DNA of 59,106 nucleotides from Candidatus Hydrogenedentales bacterium (GTDB lineage Bacteria; Hydrogenedentota; Hydrogenedentia; Hydrogenedentales; SLHB01): NCBI GenBank assembly GCA_041859045.1, contig JBHELB010000051.1, positions 1 to 59,106 of the forward strand, read 5' to 3'. Shown piece by piece: positions 53,390 to 59,106 of this stretch (position 1 is its first letter; each line of letters starts with the position of its first letter). The notes under the pieces were generated by a model. It saw only the letters and a program-made list of their open reading frames with translations, ran no database searches and was not told where the DNA came from. The position numbers and the translations under genes were made by a program.

Positions 53390-54316
53390 ATGGATGCCAT
53401 TGCGACCCATGACTTGACCAAGGTATACCGCGCGCATCTCGGACGGCGCGCAGCCCCCTCGTTGAACGGGCTGACGCTGAACGTCCAGGAGAACGAGGTG
53501 TTCGGTTTTCTCGGCCGTAACGGCGCGGGCAAGACCACGACGATCAAGATTCTCTGCGGTTTGTTGCGCGCCACGCGTGGCTCGGCGGCGCTGTTCGGCG
53601 AGCTTGTGCATACCCGCCGATCACGGCGGCTGATCGGTTATCTGCCGGAAAACCCCTATTTTTACGAGTACCTGAACCCGCGCGAGACGCTCGATTTCTA
53701 TGGTCGTCTGCACGGACTGGATGCCGCCGCGCGCGCGGCGGAATGGCGCAAACTGTCCGAGTTGCTCGATCTCGGCGATATCGCGGATCAGCGGGTGCGT
53801 GGCTTTTCAAAGGGTATGCGCCAGCGGCTCGGGTTCGCGGTGGCGATGGTCGGCGACCCGCCGTTGCTGATACTCGACGAGCCCATGAGCGGACTCGATC
53901 CCCTGGGCCGCCGTCATATCCGTGAACTGATGCTGCGGCTGCGAGACGAGAAAAAGACGCTCTTCTTCAGCTCGCACGTCTTGGGCGACGTCGAACAGGT
54001 CTGCGAGCGCGTCGGCATTCTGGTGAAAGGAAAACTGACGGCTGCTGGACGCATCGAGGATCTACTGCAGCAGCACGTGCATCAAGTCGAGATTATTCTC
54101 GACCGTGTGGACGACGGGCTCGGCCGAGATCTCGCCGCGCGGGCGAGCGGCGTGCGGCATTCGGAAGCGGGGCAACACTTTACCGTTTCCGACGCGGACG
54201 CGGCGGATGCCCTGGTGCGCGATGCACTGAACCGGGGCGCGCGCTTGATTGAATACACCCCGGTGCGCGACTCGCTCGAGGAGTATTTCATGCGCCATCA
54301 GGAGGGCCGGTCATGA
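53390..54316 (+). CDS. ABC transporter ATP-binding protein (ABC-2 type)
   Basis: 'GFLGRNGAGKTTTIKIL', 'FSKGMRQRLGFAVA' and 'LILDEPMSGLDP'. Confidence 0.85.
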   Translation: MDAIATHDLTKVYRAHLGRRAAPSLNGLTLNVQENEVFGFLGRNGAGKTTTIKILCGLLRATRGSAALFGELVHTRRSRRLIGYLPENPYFYEYLNPRETLDFYGRLHGLDAAARAAEWRKLSELLDLGDIADQRVRGFSKGMRQRLGFAVAMVGDPPLLILDEPMSGLDPLGRRHIRELMLRLRDEKKTLFFSSHVLGDVEQVCERVGILVKGKLTAAGRIEDLLQQHVHQVEIILDRVDDGLGRDLAARASGVRHSEAGQHFTVSDADAADALVRDALNRGARLIEYTPVRDSLEEYFMRHQEGRS

Positions 54317-55074
54317 GGGCAATCGCGGTCGCGCAGAATACCTTCCGCGAGGCGGTGCGGGATAAGGTGCTTTATGTTTTGCTCTTTTTCGCGGGCGTGG
54401 CCATCTTCGGCTCAAAGGCGCTCGGCTGGATCAGCATCGGGCAGGACGTCAAAATCGTCAAAGACATTTCCCTGGCCGCTGTTTCGATCTTTGGTGTGTT
54501 GATCGCGATCTTCGTGGGCACGAGTCTGGTCTATAAGGAGATCGACAAACGCACAATCTACACGATCCTCTGCCGCCCCATGGCGCGCTGGGAATTCATC
54601 GTGGGCAAGTATCTCGGGCTTGCGGCGTTGCTTGGCCTTGTCTGTGTGACCATGACCGCCATCGCCGCGCTGTATGTACGCATGCTGGGCGGCGCGCTCG
54701 ACGCCACCTTTTTCCTCGCCGCACTGCTCATCTACGCGCAACTCCTGCTCGTCACCGCGCTCGCCGTGCTCATGAGCGCGGTGGCTTCGCCCGTTCTGGG
54801 CGCGTTGATCGTCTTTTCGGTCTATATTCTCGGCAATGCAACGCGCATTCTCATCGATCTTCCGCCGCATTTTGAAGGAACAACGACCAAAACGGTCCTT
54901 GAGTTCCTTTACTATGTTCTCCCCAATCTCTCGAACTTCGATATCCGCGCCGAAGCCGCAAACGGCATCCCAGTCAATCCCGTGTATGTTGCGTGGGCGT
55001 TGGGGTACGGCGCGTTGTACACCACGATGCTCTTGGTGCTCGCGGCGCTGGCGTTTGAGGATAAGGACGTATGA
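54313..55074 (+). CDS. ABC-2 family permease
   Basis: Six hydrophobic segments. It overlaps the ATPase stop and has the typical ABC-2 arrangement. Confidence 0.75.
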   Translation: MRAIAVAQNTFREAVRDKVLYVLLFFAGVAIFGSKALGWISIGQDVKIVKDISLAAVSIFGVLIAIFVGTSLVYKEIDKRTIYTILCRPMARWEFIVGKYLGLAALLGLVCVTMTAIAALYVRMLGGALDATFFLAALLIYAQLLLVTALAVLMSAVASPVLGALIVFSVYILGNATRILIDLPPHFEGTTTKTVLEFLYYVLPNLSNFDIRAEAANGIPVNPVYVAWALGYGALYTTMLLVLAALAFEDKDV

Positions 55075-56093
55075 AGGCTGCTCGCGCCGCCGTTGCCTTG
55101 GTCGTGGTTGTCGCGGTGCTCGCCTGCACCACGATGGCGCAGCGCCGAATGGACAACATGCGCGCCCATGAGTTTGACGAGCAACTGCTTTATTTGCCCA
55201 ACGAGAATCTGCTGAACCATTTCACCGCCGGGATGTCGAGCGTGATTGCGGACATTCTTTGGCTCAAATGTATTCAGTACACGTCGAAGCACTTCAAGGG
55301 CGACCTGAAGTTTACGTGGCTCGGCCACATGTGCGACACGATCACGCAACTCGACCCGTATTTCCTGGACGTCTATCGCTACGGCGGCATTTTCCTCGCG
55401 GCGCTCAAGGCCGACGACGATGCCAGCATCCGTCTTATGGAAAAAGGCGCGGCGTATCTTCCCGATCGCTGGGAGTTGCCCTATGAGATTGCGATGATCT
55501 ACCTCACTAACCGACGCGACCAGCCAGGAGCCGTCGAGGGCGCCGCCGCCTATCTTCGCGCCGCCGTCGCCACCGGCGCCGCCCCGCAGCACGTGCTCGA
55601 GGTCGCCCAAGGCCTACAGCGCAAGCACAATCTGTATGACCTTGAGCGCCAGATGTGGACGGAGATGAAGCAGAATCATCCCGACAAATTGATGCGCGAC
55701 CTCGCTATGCGAAAACTTATTCTGCTCGATATTCGAATCAAGCGGGATCGCCTCCAGTCGGAAATCGACGGTCATGTGCGGAAAAACGGCGCATTGCCCA
55801 AAGTAGGCGCGCTACAGGACGCGCTGGGCGGCCACTACTTTGTCGATGGCGCGGGGAAGATTCAGAACACGTCGCTCCTGGACGAGCAAGTGACGCGGAT
55901 GCTAACCCAACTCAAGGGCGCGATTGGCATCTACAAGAAACAAACCGCCGCGTTGCCGCCGAGCCTTGATGCGCTAGTACAAGACGGCATCTTGCATCAG
56001 CTCCCCAAGCACCCCTACGAGAACGGCGTGTGGTCGTACGCCCCGGCCACCGGGGACGTGACCAGTGCTATTCCTCATTTTCCGGCGTACTGA
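55071..56093 (+). CDS. Secreted/lipoprotein-like hypothetical protein associated with the ABC-2 transporter
   Basis: 340 aa with N-terminal signal 'MKAARAAVALVVVVAVLACTTMA'. Start/stop overlap with the permease. No recognisable catalytic motif. Confidence 0.55.
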   Translation: MKAARAAVALVVVVAVLACTTMAQRRMDNMRAHEFDEQLLYLPNENLLNHFTAGMSSVIADILWLKCIQYTSKHFKGDLKFTWLGHMCDTITQLDPYFLDVYRYGGIFLAALKADDDASIRLMEKGAAYLPDRWELPYEIAMIYLTNRRDQPGAVEGAAAYLRAAVATGAAPQHVLEVAQGLQRKHNLYDLERQMWTEMKQNHPDKLMRDLAMRKLILLDIRIKRDRLQSEIDGHVRKNGALPKVGALQDALGGHYFVDGAGKIQNTSLLDEQVTRMLTQLKGAIGIYKKQTAALPPSLDALVQDGILHQLPKHPYENGVWSYAPATGDVTSAIPHFPAY

Positions 56094-57190
56094 ATCTCGC
56101 AACAGCCCGCGCACACCCGAAACAGTCCCTTGCGCAATCGCCGCCGGAACGCGCACAGCTCCGGTCCATTCCAGATCGCGCGAAGCGATGTTTCTCGAAT
56201 GTTGCCCACTGTCTGAATCATGCACGGAAACACGTCGCCCTTGGCCCCCACGAAAAGATTGGTCCACGGCGCAAGACACCGAAAAGCCTCTGCCCGCAGA
56301 CCGCCGCTGTAATATGCGACGATCTGCTCGTCGGGCATGGACGGCATGCGCACGTCGATGCCCGCCTTGGCTCCCTCGACGCGCAGCGCGTCGAGACATC
56401 GCCGCACGGCGTCTGGCGCAATGCGCGGCAATTGAACCGAGTCGAGCGGCAACTCCGCGGGGTCAATGGTCCCTAACCCTTCAAGACTCGGGAAGCGAAT
56501 CTCGAGCGTGAGGTTGAGGATATCCGCGCCGGCCTGTGCGACGAGAGGAACCAGTTCCGGCAGGGACTCAACGTTGCCTTCTTGAAGCACGGCCGTCACG
56601 TGGACCAACGGCGTCCGCTGGCTTTTCGCCTGTCGCGCTTCGGCGATCGCTTCGAGCGCGCCCAACGTTCGGTCAAACGCGCCGGGCTGCTTAAGCAACC
56701 CATCATGCACCTCGCGCGGGCCTTCGAGCGAGAGCCCAATGAAGCCAAGCCCGCGTCCGCCCACGCGACGCGGCGCTTGCTCCACGCAAAACCGCGCGGT
56801 ATCCCCATCGATCCGCGTGCCGTTGGAGATGAAATGCGTGCGCCGCCGCGCCGAGGCATACTCCAGCAACTCCGCGAAATCCTCGCGCACCCACGGCTCG
56901 CCGCCGGTGAATGTGATTAGCGCGCCGCGCCCGGTCTGGCCAACGGCGTCTTTCCACTCCTGCGTGGTCAACTCGCCAGCGCGCTGTTCCTCGGGCGGCG
57001 TGCGGCGGTACCAATCCAGGTACTGGCACATCGCGCAACGCAGGTTGCAGCGCCGGGTGACCTCAAAGAAATAGTGCCACGCAGGCAGGGCCCGTCCCGC
57101 TGTCGAAAAGTGGTACGGCAGCGCGCTGTGCATCCGCACCGCTAGCCGGTAAAGGCTCGCGACGCTCAACCGGCTCTCGGACTCCGCCAT
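56075..57190 (-). CDS. Radical SAM protein with C-terminal SPASM/twitch Cys cluster
   Basis: 'FEVTRRCNLRCAMCQY' is the CxxxCxxC motif. The C-terminal 'CMIQTVGNIRE...CAFRRRL...CAGCCE' is a SPASM/twitch cluster. Confidence 0.8.
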   Translation of the reverse strand: MAESESRLSVASLYRLAVRMHSALPYHFSTAGRALPAWHYFFEVTRRCNLRCAMCQYLDWYRRTPPEEQRAGELTTQEWKDAVGQTGRGALITFTGGEPWVREDFAELLEYASARRRTHFISNGTRIDGDTARFCVEQAPRRVGGRGLGFIGLSLEGPREVHDGLLKQPGAFDRTLGALEAIAEARQAKSQRTPLVHVTAVLQEGNVESLPELVPLVAQAGADILNLTLEIRFPSLEGLGTIDPAELPLDSVQLPRIAPDAVRRCLDALRVEGAKAGIDVRMPSMPDEQIVAYYSGGLRAEAFRCLAPWTNLFVGAKGDVFPCMIQTVGNIRETSLRAIWNGPELCAFRRRLRKGLFRVCAGCCEIQYAGK

Positions 57191-57193
57191 CGC

Positions 57194-57922
57194 CTAGACG
57201 CTCACGCCGTGTTCGCGCGCCACCAGCAGGTTCGATCGCAATAACGCCTCGAAACTGCCGCAATCGGCCCACCAACCGTCAATCACCTCGTAGGTCATCA
57301 CGCCGCGGCGAATATACTCATTATTAACGTCGGTGATCTCGAGTTCGTTGCGCGCGCTGGGCACCAGCGTCTCGCAGATGTTGAATACGTCCCCGTCGTA
57401 CATGTAAATCCCAATCACCGCATTGCGACTGGGCGGGTCTTTGGGTTTCTCGATGATGCGCGTCACGCGCCCGTCCTCGACCACCGCCACGCCGAATTCG
57501 CTCGGGTTGTCCACTTCTTTCAGGAAAATCTTCGCCCCGCTCGGCTGGCGCTCGAAATCTTCCACCGCCGACCGAATGCTGCCTTGGACAAAATTGTCGC
57601 CAAGAATCACAACGACCTTGTCTCCGCCCACAAAGTGACGGGTCAGCGCAAGGGCATCGGCAATGCCCCCCTCGGTCTTCTGGTAGGTATAGTGCATCTG
57701 GCTCAGACCAAAATCCTCGCCGTTGCCGATCAGCCGCAGGAACTCGCCGGCGTTGTTTCCGCCCGTCACCAGCATAATCTCTGTAATTCCAGCATCCACA
57801 AGGGTTTGGATTGGGTAGAAGATCATGGGCTTGTTGTACACGGGCAGCAAGTGCTTGTTCGTCACGCGGGTCAACGGACGCAGCCGCGTGCCCAATCCCC
57901 CGGCCAGAACGACTCCCTTCAT
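57194..57922 (-). CDS. Sugar-phosphate nucleotidyltransferase (glucose-1-phosphate thymidylyl/uridylyltransferase-like)
   Basis: 'MKGVVLAGGLGTRLRPLTRVTNKHLLPVYNKPMIFYPI' is the canonical NTP-transferase N-terminus. GGAGG lies upstream of ATG 57922. The longer ORF-track start was rejected. Confidence 0.8.
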   Translation of the reverse strand: MKGVVLAGGLGTRLRPLTRVTNKHLLPVYNKPMIFYPIQTLVDAGITEIMLVTGGNNAGEFLRLIGNGEDFGLSQMHYTYQKTEGGIADALALTRHFVGGDKVVVILGDNFVQGSIRSAVEDFERQPSGAKIFLKEVDNPSEFGVAVVEDGRVTRIIEKPKDPPSRNAVIGIYMYDGDVFNICETLVPSARNELEITDVNNEYIRRGVMTYEVIDGWWADCGSFEALLRSNLLVAREHGVSV

Positions 57923-58064
57923 AGCGCCTCCCTTCGGCCCCCGGCGGGCCGGTCCTTGTGGCGGGAGTATAGCACTGGGAGACCGGTGCGCGACAAGAGG
58001 GAAATGGGGAGGATCCGCACTTAATTCTTTCTGTCGAGGAAAGTAAAATATTGACAAAATCGAC

Positions 58065-58093
58065 TTGACAACACCTTTATCTCCTCGTATACT
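58065..58093 (+). promoter_or_regulatory. Near-consensus sigma-70 promoter TTGACA-N17-TATACT (a second TTGACA lies at 58051-58056)
   Basis: The -35 is at 58065-58070, the 17-nt spacer is 'acacctttatctcctcg', and the -10 is at 58088-58093. It is ~305 nt upstream of the ATG at 58400. Confidence 0.55.
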
Positions 58094-58399
58094 AGGCGGG
58101 CATGGGAGCGGTGCTTCCAATCGCGGCGTGGGCAATTTGCCGTGGGAAGTGCGCAGGGTAAGAAGCTCTTGTGAGAGAGCAACATCGGTTGTGGTCCCAC
58201 TTCTGGAGCCGGAAGGAGGGATGAAAACAGCACGGGCAACACTCCGGGAACCACAACGGGCAAACACGATGTGCCTATACATGCATGCTTGGCGTTTTGC
58301 TTTGAGCGTGCCCCGGACCATGGGAGGTCCGGAGACGGAAGGAACAGCGGCGGACAGTCCGCAGCTGGACAAAGACTACCTTGAGAAAGGAACTACGCA

Positions 58400-59106
58400 A
58401 TGACGCGTATGAAACTGACTATCGCTATGATCGCCCTTCTGGCGGCGGTTGCGGTTCCGGCGGTTGCCGAACTGCAGACGGTCACCGTGGGCGGCGCGGT
58501 CACGATTCGTGGCAACTGGTTCATGAACACGACTCCGGAGCCCACGGGCACCGAGATTCGTTGGCCGAACTTCTTCCTGGTGAAGCGCCCGCTGGGCGGC
58601 GTGCCGAATTTCAACGCCACCGGCATTCTGAGCAACTTCGCGTGGGACGAGAACACCAACGACCTCAAGTTCGTCGAACAGCGCACCCGCATCAATTTCA
58701 AGGCGGATTTCACGGACAACGTGAGCGCCTTCATTGAGCTGGACAGCTACGATGTGTGGGGCGAAGACTTCCGCTCGAACTACATCACCGGCGCGGACAA
58801 CCGTGCGGCGACGGGTAACGACGTGGAAATCCTTCAGTCCTACATCGAAGCCAACGAGATGTACGGCTACCCGGTCCGCCTGCGCATCGGCCGCCAGGAA
58901 CTGGCGTTCGGTAACCAGTGGCTGATCGGCGACAACGACGCCAACTCGTTCTTCACCGGCATCACCTTCGACGCCATCCGCGCCACGTACGCGACCGACC
59001 TGTTCACGGTTGACGCGTTCGCGGCCAAGTTGGCCGAAACCGGCGTGGCGGAGCAGGACGGCGACACCGACCTGTACGGCCTGTACGGCAGCTACCTGGG
59101 CATCGA
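58400..59106 (+). CDS. Secreted beta-barrel/porin-like outer-membrane protein (3'-partial; runs off window end)
   Basis: ATG 58400 opens a reading frame (not in the ORF track because it has no stop) encoding 'MTRMKLTIAMIALLAAVAVPAVAELQTVTVGGAVTIRGNWFMNTT...RLRIGRQELAFGNQWLIGDN...'. This shows a signal peptide, alternating amphipathic pattern and Gly/aromatic richness. Confidence 0.65.
   Translation, partial: MTRMKLTIAMIALLAAVAVPAVAELQTVTVGGAVTIRGNWFMNTTPEPTGTEIRWPNFFLVKRPLGGVPNFNATGILSNFAWDENTNDLKFVEQRTRINFKADFTDNVSAFIELDSYDVWGEDFRSNYITGADNRAATGNDVEILQSYIEANEMYGYPVRLRIGRQELAFGNQWLIGDNDANSFFTGITFDAIRATYATDLFTVDAFAAKLAETGVAEQDGDTDLYGLYGSYLGI

Noticed and set aside
1-59106. Looked for CRISPR arrays, rRNA, tRNA, transposases, integrases and tandem microsatellites
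   Set aside because: No regularly spaced direct repeats, rRNA-like conserved stretches or cloverleaf candidates were found. No DDE, tyrosine or serine recombinase motifs were recognised in any ORF. The only repeats are the barstar cassette duplication and the two-copy structured element.

Overview
This 59.1-kb window comes from a high-GC bacterium with an outer membrane (diderm). Most sampled stretches are above 60% GC. The first ~5 kb are clearly AT-richer (about 38-48% GC in the 60-nt stretches I counted by hand). That low-GC block encodes two tightly coupled + strand genes. The first is the C-terminal part of an McrB/MoxR-like AAA+ ATPase that has the sensor-1 'GTMN' motif but no in-frame P-loop core within the window. 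The second is a 1345-aa protein with two cold-shock (CSD/OB-fold) domains and no other fold I can recognise. I rank this pair as the most likely undescribed system in the window, a candidate McrBC-like defence module. Converging on it from the - strand is a barnase-family RNase toxin gene carrying an N-terminal 'HPNCRC' (phage MuF-like) region, followed by a tandem array of barstar-like immunity genes. The array has two intact copies and one degraded copy, and each copy is preceded by a remnant of the toxin 3' end. This is a classic polymorphic-toxin/immunity cassette structure. The window then holds a complete RiPP-type biosynthetic cluster (9503-17721). It comprises a Cys-rich precursor peptide, a PqqD-like recognition element, a B12-binding radical SAM, an RRE-fused radical SAM/SPASM enzyme, an ABC ATPase with FtsX-like permease, a CPBP protease and an ABC exporter. 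After that comes a complete type II secretion operon on the - strand (gspG-H-I-J-K-L-M-C-like-D-E-F) headed by a hybrid PAS/GAF histidine kinase. The remainder encodes a STAS/anti-sigma-kinase partner-switch pair, an NtrC-type sigma-54 activator, a secreted M4 metalloprotease with a C-terminal dockerin, a sugar-catabolic operon, a thiolase, a VapBC-type TA pair, an SPFH protein, an Arc-like RHH protein, a divergent ThyA-fold enzyme, RsmI, a degenerate pseudo-histidine-kinase, an ABC-2 transporter, a radical SAM/SPASM plus nucleotidyltransferase pair, and a porin-like gene with a consensus promoter that runs off the 3' end. A ~105-nt structured repeat occurs at least twice. No rRNA, tRNA, CRISPR, transposase or integrase was recognised.
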